The notes beneath the pieces were generated by a model. It worked only from the letters and a program-made list of their open reading frames with translations, was not told the origin of the DNA and made no database searches. Shown here one piece after another: positions 17,551 through 26,260 of a stretch of 64,000 nt of DNA. Position 1 is the stretch's first letter, and every line of letters begins with the position of its first letter. The stretch is from Nitrospirota bacterium (GTDB lineage Bacteria; Nitrospirota; UBA9217), in the NCBI GenBank assembly GCA_963663225.1, contig OY760142.1, forward strand, positions 1,120,001-1,184,000. Reading direction: 5' to 3'. Both the position numbers and the translations under genes were made by a program.

Positions 17551-20130
17551 TTATGCTTTTTTAATGTTGACGTAAACATCTTCCACCCAACCCATACCCG
17601 TGGGGTCATGCTTCTTTGCAATGTTGGGATCCTTCTGCGGTATGAGATCGCCGTCCCGATAGCCGAAATCCTTCGCATATCTCAAGTTTTTCGCGCGATG
17701 GCCAATCCCGTGGAACGTCAGGATGCAGTCCTCCCGCTGGACGCGATTCGTCAGGTGCACCTTCGCTTTGACAGGCCTGGGAAGGTCCTTCATGTAGTTC
17801 GGATCGTTTTCCAACAGAACCATGTCGCCTTCCTGGATGCCCAGTTTCTTTGCCGCTTCCGGATTCATCCAGACGCAATCCATATAGTTTCTTATCGTCA
17901 TCTCCTTCAAAATCGGGTTGTTCAGGAAATTAGGATCTGCATGCATGAACCAGGGTGTTCGGGTAATCAGCAGTGAAAATTTATAATTTCCGCTGGGTGC
18001 ATGCCATCTGCTCGCCCATGTTGGCAACGGGTCGTGGCCGGCAGCGGCAACTTCCTCAAAATACATGCGGACGCGTCCATTGGGCCTGCCGTAGCTGATC
18101 TCCCTGATTTGCTTGTAGTTCTCATACGGTTTCTTGTCGATCCAGATTCCGCCTTTTTTCATAAACTCGGCGGTATTTTGGGCAACCCCCAGGTTTTTAA
18201 GGGCCACATCGCCCAAGTTCATTGGAATTTTTTTGGCTGGATCTCCGCTGCCGTCGGTTGTCCAATACTTGGGGGCCATTGCCATCCCGATTGCCGTGGC
18301 GAAACCGCCCCAGCCGATCTGATCACTGGGTGATTTCTGGACCGGCACACCGCCTACAAGGCAGGGATTCTTCGGGAAATAGAGTCTCGTGTCCAGCTTC
18401 CCTTCTTCAAACTGGTGCGGGGCCGGAATGACGTAGTCGCAGAAATATCCCAGATCATCCAGATAGAGGTTCCAGTCGACGACCAGATCCATTTTTTCCA
18501 GGGCTTTTTCAACCATCTGGGGTTGAATCATGGCAAAGAGACCGCGGTGAGGGTTGCGGAAGAAAACGACTTTTGCCCGGTTCGTTTTGTAGAGACCCCA
18601 GCCGACCATGCCGTAGTGGCCGGGAGCGGAAAAGTCTTTTTTCCGATAAATGTTATCCGTTACCGGAAATTCGTTTCTGAAATCCACAGGTTCTGCCGGT
18701 TGTTCGGGATACGGAGCGACCGGGGGAGAAATTTCATTCAGCCAGGGGATTTTTACTCCATGATACAGGAGCATGCCGCCTTCATGGTCAATTGATCCGC
18801 TGAGTGAATTAAGAACACTGATCGCATGCCTAAGCCGCCAGCTGTTGGCGTAGTTTGGTCCTGCCGCATCGCGTTTCAATGTAGGAACTAAAGCACGAGG
18901 TGCTGCAGCCGAGAAGTCCAGGGCAATCTTGCGTATTGTTTTGGCGGGCACCTCGGATATTTCCGCAGCCCATTCAGGGGTGAAGGTCTTCACCGATTCA
19001 GTCAAAATAGCCATAACCGGTTTGGCGGAAATATTTTTTCCGTCTATGGTGACGTTGAACGGGCCGCCTTCCAGCGACGGTGCATGACACTTGTCAATCG
19101 GTTCCGCCTTCTTATGCTTGGAACACCAGGCAAGCATGGTGTCATTTTCACCTTTGAGCACCATCTTTGTCTTGATATCAACAAGAGCTGAGGCATCGGA
19201 ATATTTTTTTATAAAACTTGCATTATACTTCTTTCCGGACGTAATGACCTGGATCATGGCCAATGCGACCGCCAGGTCAGTGCCTGGCTTGATCGTATAC
19301 GTTTCGCTGGCATACCCCTCCGCCAAAGGAGTGCGGATAGGATTGAACATGACGATCTTTGCGCCATTCTTCTTTCCTGCCGCCCAGTGGTTCAGCATGC
19401 CTGCCTTGCCGCACTTGGAGAAAGAATCGAAACCGAACCAGACCTGGTACTTGGCGTTGTCATAGTCATAGCCGGAAATATGATGGGACGGTGTGTAGGT
19501 GCTTGAATAATACTTGTTTGGCGGGTTGGTAATGCTCAGGCAATTGATATAGTAGTGCGTGCCAAAACACTCAGTCCGCTGGTCGCTTCGGGTCATGCCA
19601 ATGGACTGGCAGAGGTGGTTTGTATACGGATCACCGGGAGATGCCATGAGAATCTCCTGGGGCTTTACTTTTTGCATGCCGGCAATAACTTCTTTTACAG
19701 CATCAGCTGTTTTTACGGTGACCCAGCCCGGATCTTCATCAGTGCCTTTTTTTGAATTGGTTCTTTTGAGTGAAACCATGAGGCGGTCGGGATCATACAT
19801 TGAATCTACGAATCCAAGACCCTTGATGCAGAATTTCCCCCGGGAGACCGGATCATCAGCGCGGCCCTCTAATGTTATCGCCCTTTCGAGACCTGTCGCC
19901 GGATCTACACCCACTACGATATTATATGCGCAATCAGCTTCACAGGCTCTGGCGCACACTTGAGGGACTTTTTTGGTGACGGTATATGCCGCTTTTTCCT
20001 GGGGGTGCTCACCAAAAGCCCATGCCTGGCGCAAATTTGTGAAGGGAAATACAGTCGCTGATGCGGCAATACCAGCAACGCCGGCAAGTTTCAGAAAATC
20101 TCTTCTTGGAATCTTGTGATGATCATCCAT
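17551..20130 (-). CDS. Tat-exported Mo/W-bisPGD oxidoreductase catalytic subunit (DMSO reductase superfamily; substrate unknown)
   Basis: RRDFLK Tat signal; C-x3-C-x3-C-x33-C(IKG) FS0 motif; YDPDRL; IKPGTDLA; TPEWAAEISEV; VWMNPEAAKKLGIQEGD. Confidence 0.93.
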   Translation of the reverse strand: MDDHHKIPRRDFLKLAGVAGIAASATVFPFTNLRQAWAFGEHPQEKAAYTVTKKVPQVCARACEADCAYNIVVGVDPATGLERAITLEGRADDPVSRGKFCIKGLGFVDSMYDPDRLMVSLKRTNSKKGTDEDPGWVTVKTADAVKEVIAGMQKVKPQEILMASPGDPYTNHLCQSIGMTRSDQRTECFGTHYYINCLSITNPPNKYYSSTYTPSHHISGYDYDNAKYQVWFGFDSFSKCGKAGMLNHWAAGKKNGAKIVMFNPIRTPLAEGYASETYTIKPGTDLAVALAMIQVITSGKKYNASFIKKYSDASALVDIKTKMVLKGENDTMLAWCSKHKKAEPIDKCHAPSLEGGPFNVTIDGKNISAKPVMAILTESVKTFTPEWAAEISEVPAKTIRKIALDFSAAAPRALVPTLKRDAAGPNYANSWRLRHAISVLNSLSGSIDHEGGMLLYHGVKIPWLNEISPPVAPYPEQPAEPVDFRNEFPVTDNIYRKKDFSAPGHYGMVGWGLYKTNRAKVVFFRNPHRGLFAMIQPQMVEKALEKMDLVVDWNLYLDDLGYFCDYVIPAPHQFEEGKLDTRLYFPKNPCLVGGVPVQKSPSDQIGWGGFATAIGMAMAPKYWTTDGSGDPAKKIPMNLGDVALKNLGVAQNTAEFMKKGGIWIDKKPYENYKQIREISYGRPNGRVRMYFEEVAAAGHDPLPTWASRWHAPSGNYKFSLLITRTPWFMHADPNFLNNPILKEMTIRNYMDCVWMNPEAAKKLGIQEGDMVLLENDPNYMKDLPRPVKAKVHLTNRVQREDCILTFHGIGHRAKNLRYAKDFGYRDGDLIPQKDPNIAKKHDPTGMGWVEDVYVNIKKA

Positions 20131-20263
20131 TGCTCGTACCTCCTCTAAAGAATTATTATTATTAGTTTTGCTTTAGGCACTCCTTTATTCTTTATTGCAG
20201 ATACTTAATTTTTATATCGAAAAAAGCAAGATGTCAAGAAAAAAGTCAATATTATCAATTACT

Positions 20264-20298
20264 TATGCTACTATTGGCATATGTTTTTTCTAACATAT
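20264..20298. promoter_or_regulatory. Tandem palindromic operator upstream of the molybdoenzyme operon
   Basis: TATGC-N8-GCATA (20264-20281) overlapping TATGT-N8-ACATA (20280-20297). Confidence 0.55.
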
Positions 20299-20327
20299 AT
20301 TCACTTTTTTCTTACAGTGGAAGCAGG

Positions 20328-20675
20328 TTACTTCTGTTGTTCGAGGGACGTATTGGGAAGGATAAAACGATATGCTTTGCTTTCTATATAAGATTCAATG
20401 TCTTCCTCGCAGTGGTGAAATTCATGGAGAAGCGTTTTTGCTGCTTGCGTAAGCCGCATGCCTTTGTTTCCCTTGGTAGTTTCAACCAATTTGAGGCCAA
20501 GACGCTCTTCAGTGACTTTGATAATTCCCCAGGCGGCACGGTAGGACATATTAAGCTTTTTTGCCGCCCCATAGAGACTTCCGCATGCATCTATGGCCGT
20601 AAATAAGTCTTCACGGCCGCGGCCAAATATGACTTTTCTGTCTTTTTCAAGCCACACCTTGCATTTGATCTTCAC
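20328..20675 (-). CDS. ModE-like winged-helix regulator (HTH only, no TOBE domains)
   Basis: KVWLE...FGRGR..L..AID..GSL..AAKKLNMSYRAAWG; GTG start at 20675 (the longer ORF overlaps rnpB). Confidence 0.88.
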   Translation of the reverse strand: MKIKCKVWLEKDRKVIFGRGREDLFTAIDACGSLYGAAKKLNMSYRAAWGIIKVTEERLGLKLVETTKGNKGMRLTQAAKTLLHEFHHCEEDIESYIESKAYRFILPNTSLEQQK

Positions 20676-20700
20676 GAAGCCACCTTCGAGCAAAAAAAAA

Positions 20701-21070
20701 TCAGAGCGGGCCGTAAGCCGAGTTCTGTCTCCCTGATTGCTCAGGGCGGTGATCATTTATCTGGGCCTCCGATTGCTCGAAGGCACGAGCGACCTACCCG
20801 GAAGTCTCGGACGGGCCGTCCTTACTCCCTTGCGGGAGATGCTTCCCTATGTGGTCTTGCTCCAGGCGGGGTTTTCCAAGCATCCCCGGTCGCCCGGGAA
20901 TCTGGTGGGCTCTTACCCCACCGTTTCACCCTTGCCCTTTACGGGGCGGTCTGCTTTTCTGTGGCACTGTCCATGGGGTCGCCCCCTGTCTCGTTTCGAG
21001 ACCGCCTTGCCCTGTGGAGCTCGGACTTTCCTCCCCCCGTTTCCGGGGAGCAATCACCTCACCCGCTCTG
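20701..21070 (-). ncRNA. rnpB: RNase P RNA, bacterial type A
   Basis: GAGGAAAGTCCGAGCTC, AGTGCCACAGAAA, GGGTGAAACGGTGGGGTAAGAGCCCACC, 3' ACAGAACTCGGCTTAC; ends pair (CAGAGCGGG/CCCGCTCTG). Confidence 0.97.
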
Positions 21071-21097
21071 AAACTGTTTCGCGCAAAAGAGCTTTGC

Positions 21098-21499
21098 TTA
21101 CGTCAGCTTTTCGTCTATCGCTTTGTTCGCCAGGGAATCTGCCTCTTTGTTTTTCTCTCTTGGTACGTATTGTACCGCAACGCTGTCGATCTGCGCAATC
21201 AATTCCTTGGCCCGGCCATGCAACGGCTTCAGACCGGCATTTTTTACTTTGTACTCTCCATTCAGCTGTTTCACCAGCAGCTCGGAATCGGCAAAAAGAG
21301 AGACCCGTGAAGCGCCGCACTTTACAGCATACTCCAGACCGAGGATGGCTGCAGTATATTCTGCGATATTATTGGTAGTTGTGCCGAGATACCGGGTTAT
21401 CGTTGCTACCGGGCTGCCGTTTTCAAGAATGTAAACTCCGGCCCCTGCCTCTCCGGGATTATTCCGTGATGCGCCGTCTGTATAAATAGTTAGTTCCAT
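21098..21499 (-). CDS. rnhA: Ribonuclease HI
   Basis: YTDGASRNNPG, TNNIAEY, DSELLVKQ, VPREKNKEADSLAN. Confidence 0.93.
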   Translation of the reverse strand: MELTIYTDGASRNNPGEAGAGVYILENGSPVATITRYLGTTTNNIAEYTAAILGLEYAVKCGASRVSLFADSELLVKQLNGEYKVKNAGLKPLHGRAKELIAQIDSVAVQYVPREKNKEADSLANKAIDEKLT

Positions 21500-21552
21500 A
21501 TAGGGTTCAAAGTTCCCAGGTCCGGATTTTTCCGGCAGATTGTCTCCATTTT

Positions 21553-22269
21553 TTATATCTCTATTGCTTCCTTGTAATATAAAATGCGTCCGCACTGAGG
21601 GCAGTTGATGATGCTTTCATTCTTTTTTACGTTGACGAATACTTGAGGAGGTATGCTCATAAAACAGCCGGAGCAGGACTCTCCCCGGACCTCTACAATA
21701 GCAGTTCCGGATTTATTCGCCAGCAACCGCTGATAGGGAGCGAGGACGGCAGGTTGGATGCGGGAAGCCAGTTCCTGTTTTTTCTGTTCCGCGGCCCGCA
21801 AGTCTTCTGCAGCTTTTGCCATGGCCGCCTCGTACAGCTGCTGCTCTTGCACAATGCCTGCCTCGACCTCGCGAGACTCCTTTTCCGCAGCGGCAATGGC
21901 CGCAGCAGCGCCATCGATTTTTTCCATATGGAGAAGTATTTCATCCTCGATCGACTTGTTCTCCAGTTCCGCCGTTTCGATTTCCTTGAGCAAGGCCTGA
22001 TATTCTTTATTGGTTTTTATTTCCGAAGTTCGTGCTTTGAGCCGCTCGACCTTCTGGGCGCCTGCCTCCAGGGCCTGGTCTCGGTCCCGTTTCTTTTTCT
22101 GCGCCTCCAGCAGTCCGTTTTTCACGCTGTTCAGATTTTCCTGATTAGCCTCACGTTTTTGTTCAAGACCTGCCAGCATTTTGGGCAGTTGGTCTTTCCG
22201 GGCCGCAAGAGTTTTTATTTCCGTGTCTATTTCCTGAAGTCGTATGAGCAAGCTCAGTTGTTCTTCCAT
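21553..22269 (-). CDS. Coiled-coil C4-type zinc ribbon protein (DUF164/CT398-like)
   Basis: Long coiled coil with KEYQAL; CSGC...CPQCGRILY. Confidence 0.9.
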   Translation of the reverse strand: MEEQLSLLIRLQEIDTEIKTLAARKDQLPKMLAGLEQKREANQENLNSVKNGLLEAQKKKRDRDQALEAGAQKVERLKARTSEIKTNKEYQALLKEIETAELENKSIEDEILLHMEKIDGAAAAIAAAEKESREVEAGIVQEQQLYEAAMAKAAEDLRAAEQKKQELASRIQPAVLAPYQRLLANKSGTAIVEVRGESCSGCFMSIPPQVFVNVKKNESIINCPQCGRILYYKEAIEI

Positions 22270-22278
22270 GTTGCCTCC

Positions 22279-22307
22279 AAAAAAAAATGCGCCTCTCGGC
22301 GCATTTT
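22279..22307 (-). terminator. Intrinsic terminator after the tRNA
   Basis: AAAATGCGCC/GGCGCATTTT stem followed by a T9 run on the minus strand. Confidence 0.7.
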
Positions 22308-22415
22308 ATGCAAGCTATCCTGTCTTCCACAGCTTGCAGATTTTATTGTTATTCCGCATAATCAATACTTCCGGCACCTGTTATATGCTCCTCGTTCAAT
22401 TCGATGCAAAATGGT

Positions 22416-22491
22416 TGGTGGGCCCACCAGGACTCGAACCTGGGACCAACCGGTTATGAGCCGGTAGCTCTACCAACTGAGCTATGGGCCC
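22416..22491 (-). tRNA. tRNA with CAT anticodon, most likely tRNA-Ile2 (lysidine-modified)
   Basis: GGGCCCATAGCTCAGTTGGTAGAGCTACCGGCTCATAACCGGTTGGTCCCAGGTTCGAGTCCTGGTGGGCCCACCA; paired G1-C72; position after rpoD as for ileX. Confidence 0.93.
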
Positions 22492-22590
22492 CCGTGAAGA
22501 ATTCTTGGCTGACTGTTTTCGTTTTGGGAGACAATAATCGCACAACTTTCTCGAATTGTCAAGACATCGTGTATACGGTGTCGGCCCCGA

Positions 22591-24393
22591 TTATTCCATA
22601 AAACTTTTGAGTTGCTTGCTTCTGCTCGGATGACGGAGCTTTCTGAGGGCCTTCGCTTCAATTTGGCGTATGCGTTCCCGCGTTACGTCGAATTCCTGCC
22701 CCACTTCTTCAAGAGTGTGGTCCGTGTGTTCACCGATGCCGAAACGCCATCGCAGCACTTTTTCTTCGCGCTCCGTCAACGTGTTCAGCACTTTTCTGAC
22801 CTGCTGATGCAGGTTCTTCCGGATTGCAGAGTCAAGAGGCGACGCAGCTTTTTTGTCTTCGATAAAATCCCCCAGATGACTGTCTTCTTCTTCTCCGATG
22901 GGAGTTTCAAGCGAAATCGGCTCCTTGGCAATCTTCATGATTTTTCTTACCTTCTCCACCGGCAGTTTCATGGATGCGGCAATTTCCTCCGTGGTGGGTT
23001 CTCTGCCGAGATCCTGCACAATCCCCCGAGAGGTGCGGATAAGCTTGTTCATGGTCTCGATCATGTGCACCGGTATGCGAATCGTCCGTGCCTGGTCCGC
23101 AATCGCCCGCGTAATAGCCTGTCTGATCCACCACGTGGCATAGGTGCTGAATTTGTACCCGCGCTGCCATTCGAATTTGTCGACTGCCTTCATGAGGCCG
23201 ATGTTTCCTTCCTGGATCAGGTCGAGAAACTGAAGGCCACGGTTCGTATATTTTTTCGCGATGGAAACGACAAGCCGCAGGTTTGCCTCCACAAGCTCGC
23301 TCTTTGCGTATTTGGCGCGCTCCTCGGCCCGTTCATAAGCGCGAAGCGCTTTTTTCAGATCCTCGGCGGAAACTCCGCACTGCGTTTCAATGGCCCGTAT
23401 CTGTTTGACCGACTGCCGGTAAATTTTTTCTAGATTCAGTAGCGTTTCCGGCTTCATCTCCAGTCTGCGGGCGGCATTTTTGAGCTCACGCTCTCCCTGG
23501 CGCATTTTTTTGAATACTTCCTTGCATGCCGCTATTTCCAGGCCCATTTTCCGCTCGAGTCCGTGAATCGTGCGCTCCGCCTGGTAAATCTCACCGGCCA
23601 TTTCCCGCAGTTTTGCAACAAGCCGGTCTGTCTGCCGGCAGTGGATGTTCAGGGCTTCAAGTTTACTGAAAAGAGAATGCCGCGTTGAGTGAATTTTTTC
23701 CCGCAGCCCTTTTTTCCGTGCTTCACTGCACCTGCCGCTGAGAATGGACGCGGTAATCGTATTCAATTCTCTGCTGTGCTTGTCAATTTCCGTAATCAGT
23801 TTTACCACGCGTGCGTGCAGTTCCTCTTCGTTCTGTGTTTGCGGCTCGTCGAAATCATCATCACCGGCGCGAACAATCTCATGGATGCTGACCTTTCCCT
23901 TCCGCAGTCTGTCGCCCAGATCACGCACATCCTGCAGGGAAAACGGAAGGCTGTACAGTATCTGCGCCGCCTCACGCTTGCCTTCTTCAATGCGCTTCGC
24001 GATTGCGACTTCCCCTTCCTTGGAGAGGAGCGGCACGGTCCCCATTTCCTTGAGATAGAGACGGACCGGGTCGTCCGTTTTGCCCACCCCTACTTCGACT
24101 TCCTCCTCCTCGGCCTCCCCGTCCCCGGCGTCATCAGCGGCCACGTCTTCCTGTTCGGAAGCTTCTTCCAGTTCATCTTCAACCGGCGGGCGCACCTTGC
24201 CGTCGTGTCGGGAGTCTGTGATATCAATCTCCAGATCATTGTCGCCGAACAAGTGGATTATGCTGTCAAACTGTTCCGCGGTAACGTCTTCATGAGGAAT
24301 CGCGTCGCCTGTTTCTTCAAAAGGTGTGAAATTCCGTTCTTTGCCGGCCGTATTCGGTTTTTTAGAATCGCCTGCTTTGCCCCGCTTTGACAT
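22591..24393 (-). CDS. rpoD: RNA polymerase sigma factor RpoD
   Basis: [89 protein letters not shown]. Confidence 0.98.
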   Translation of the reverse strand: MSKRGKAGDSKKPNTAGKERNFTPFEETGDAIPHEDVTAEQFDSIIHLFGDNDLEIDITDSRHDGKVRPPVEDELEEASEQEDVAADDAGDGEAEEEEVEVGVGKTDDPVRLYLKEMGTVPLLSKEGEVAIAKRIEEGKREAAQILYSLPFSLQDVRDLGDRLRKGKVSIHEIVRAGDDDFDEPQTQNEEELHARVVKLITEIDKHSRELNTITASILSGRCSEARKKGLREKIHSTRHSLFSKLEALNIHCRQTDRLVAKLREMAGEIYQAERTIHGLERKMGLEIAACKEVFKKMRQGERELKNAARRLEMKPETLLNLEKIYRQSVKQIRAIETQCGVSAEDLKKALRAYERAEERAKYAKSELVEANLRLVVSIAKKYTNRGLQFLDLIQEGNIGLMKAVDKFEWQRGYKFSTYATWWIRQAITRAIADQARTIRIPVHMIETMNKLIRTSRGIVQDLGREPTTEEIAASMKLPVEKVRKIMKIAKEPISLETPIGEEEDSHLGDFIEDKKAASPLDSAIRKNLHQQVRKVLNTLTEREEKVLRWRFGIGEHTDHTLEEVGQEFDVTRERIRQIEAKALRKLRHPSRSKQLKSFME

Positions 24394-24471
24394 ACCGTAC
24401 TGCTCCTTTATGCGATGATTAGCGCGTGCCTCGCGTGCAACAACCACATTCAATTTTAAATCATTCTTTAT

Positions 24472-26259
24472 TTATTTGCCGGGAATTTTTCTGCCCGGCC
24501 TTCTGCTCAGTTCTTTTTGTTCTTCCATCAGCCGTGCAAGGCCCGCTGAATCGCCCTGCGCCTCCGCTTCCTGAATCGCTTTCACCAGCATTTTAATTTT
24601 CTTTTCCGGATCGCGCTGCTTAATCAGATCCATGCAGTCACGGCAATGCTTCTGCGGATCGTCATAGTCCACTTCCAGAACGGAAAAGTAAGAAATCAGC
24701 TGATTCAGTTCTTCGTCGCCCTCGTCAGCAAGAAGCTTATGCGGATCTATTGTTCCGTTCTTTGCAAGAGCTGCAAAAATCTTCACGGCGGCACGATGAT
24801 ATAACGGATCGGAAAAATCCTCCGGTTTGATTTCTTCAAGCAGGGTTTTTGCCAGCGTTTCATCCCGAAGCAGAAGATGAATCAGGATTTCCTCCGCCTT
24901 CGGACGCTGGTGTTGCCGGGCAGAACCCGCCGGCTGCTCGTTCCTGCGGGCAACGGACGCCGGTTTGGTTGCCGCTTTCGCAAGCTCCTGCCGCAAATCC
25001 GATTCCGACACATCAAGTGCTTCTGCTGTTTTTTTCAAATAGTGATTGCGTTCAATGCTCGTGGGAAGCTTGGCAATAAAACCTATCATATCGCCGGCTT
25101 TCGCAACTTTCTCGGCAATCGTCGTTCCCCCGCCTTCCTTCACCACCTGGCTCAGAACAAAATCCATCAGGGGAACAGCCTGTTTCAGACAGGAGCTGAA
25201 CGCATCATAGCCTTTCTGCTTCAGAAACGTGTCAGGATCATCGCCGCCCGGCAGGGAGACTACTTTGGCGACCATCCCGCTTCCTGCGAGGAGATCAAAA
25301 CTGCGCAGCGCCGCCTTTATTCCGGCCGGATCAGGGTCAAAAATCAGTTTGATGTTCTTTGTAAATCTGCGCATCAAGCGCAGATGGCCTTCCGTAAGAG
25401 CAGTGCCGAGTGTTGCTGTTGCGTTCCGGACTCCGTGCTGATGGCAGGCGATTGCATCGAGATAACCTTCGACAATAATAAAGTGGTCGTATTTTCTCGC
25501 TGCCTCCTTGGCCTTGTCCAGGCAGTAAAGCACATTGCTTTTGCTGTACAGCGGGGTTTCGGGAGAGTTCAGGTATTTCGGGAGTGAATCGTCCATCACT
25601 CTGCCGCCGAAGGCAATCACCTGGTCCGCTATGTCGCGAATGGGAAACATGATTCTGCCCCGAAACCGGTCATAGTAGCCTTCGCTTTCGGCCCGCTTCA
25701 CGACAAGCCCTGCGTTTTGCATGCTGGCAAGAGAGTGCCCTTTTTGCTTCAAAAACTTAAGCAGGCTGTCCCATTCGGGACGGGCATATCCCAGTGCAAA
25801 ATCTTTTACGATCTGGTCGCTTACGCCGCGTTTTGTTAAATAAGACCGCGCTGAACTTCCGGATTCTTCTTCAAGCTCTCGGCGAAAAAAATACGCTGCA
25901 TCGGCAAGCACGCCGAGGAGCTTTTTCTTCTCATCTCCTGTCTTCTGCTCCTGCGAAAAATTCCTGTCATTTTCCGGGAGCCGGATTCCCGAACGTTCCG
26001 CCAGCTTCCTTACCGCTTCGGGAAAAGTCAATCCTTCCTGAAGCTCGATAAACTTAAAAACATTTCCTCCAACACCGCACCCAAAGCAGTGAAATATCTG
26101 TTTATCCGAATTCACGCTAAACGACGGAGTCTTTTCTGAGTGAAACGGGCAGAGCCCCACATGGTTTTTTCCGGCTTTTTTCAGAGAAACATATCCCGAG
26201 ATGAGATCCACAATATCAACGCTGTCCCGAACCCGGCTTATGGTGTCTTCCGAAAACAC
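24472..26259 (-). CDS. dnaG: DNA primase
   Basis: CPFHSEKTPSF...FHCFGC, DRFRGRIMFPI, KYLNSPET, VEGYLD, DPD. Confidence 0.98.
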   Translation of the reverse strand: MFSEDTISRVRDSVDIVDLISGYVSLKKAGKNHVGLCPFHSEKTPSFSVNSDKQIFHCFGCGVGGNVFKFIELQEGLTFPEAVRKLAERSGIRLPENDRNFSQEQKTGDEKKKLLGVLADAAYFFRRELEEESGSSARSYLTKRGVSDQIVKDFALGYARPEWDSLLKFLKQKGHSLASMQNAGLVVKRAESEGYYDRFRGRIMFPIRDIADQVIAFGGRVMDDSLPKYLNSPETPLYSKSNVLYCLDKAKEAARKYDHFIIVEGYLDAIACHQHGVRNATATLGTALTEGHLRLMRRFTKNIKLIFDPDPAGIKAALRSFDLLAGSGMVAKVVSLPGGDDPDTFLKQKGYDAFSSCLKQAVPLMDFVLSQVVKEGGGTTIAEKVAKAGDMIGFIAKLPTSIERNHYLKKTAEALDVSESDLRQELAKAATKPASVARRNEQPAGSARQHQRPKAEEILIHLLLRDETLAKTLLEEIKPEDFSDPLYHRAAVKIFAALAKNGTIDPHKLLADEGDEELNQLISYFSVLEVDYDDPQKHCRDCMDLIKQRDPEKKIKMLVKAIQEAEAQGDSAGLARLMEEQKELSRRPGRKIPGK

Positions 26260-26260
26260 G

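Noticed and set aside
16771-17976. 401-aa plus-strand ORF
   Set aside because: Antisense to the well-supported Fe-S and molybdoenzyme genes
17551-20130. Calling the molybdoenzyme formate dehydrogenase, arsenate reductase or a selenoprotein
   Set aside because: No Fdh C/U-H active-site motif, FS0 spacing differs from ArrA, and no in-frame TGA
20737-21378. Plus-strand ORFs of 213 and 153 aa
   Set aside because: Antisense to rnpB and rnhA
22416-22491. Initiator tRNA-fMet or a prophage attachment site
   Set aside because: Paired 1-72 and no GGG/CCC anticodon stem exclude fMet; no integrase or 3'-end duplication nearby
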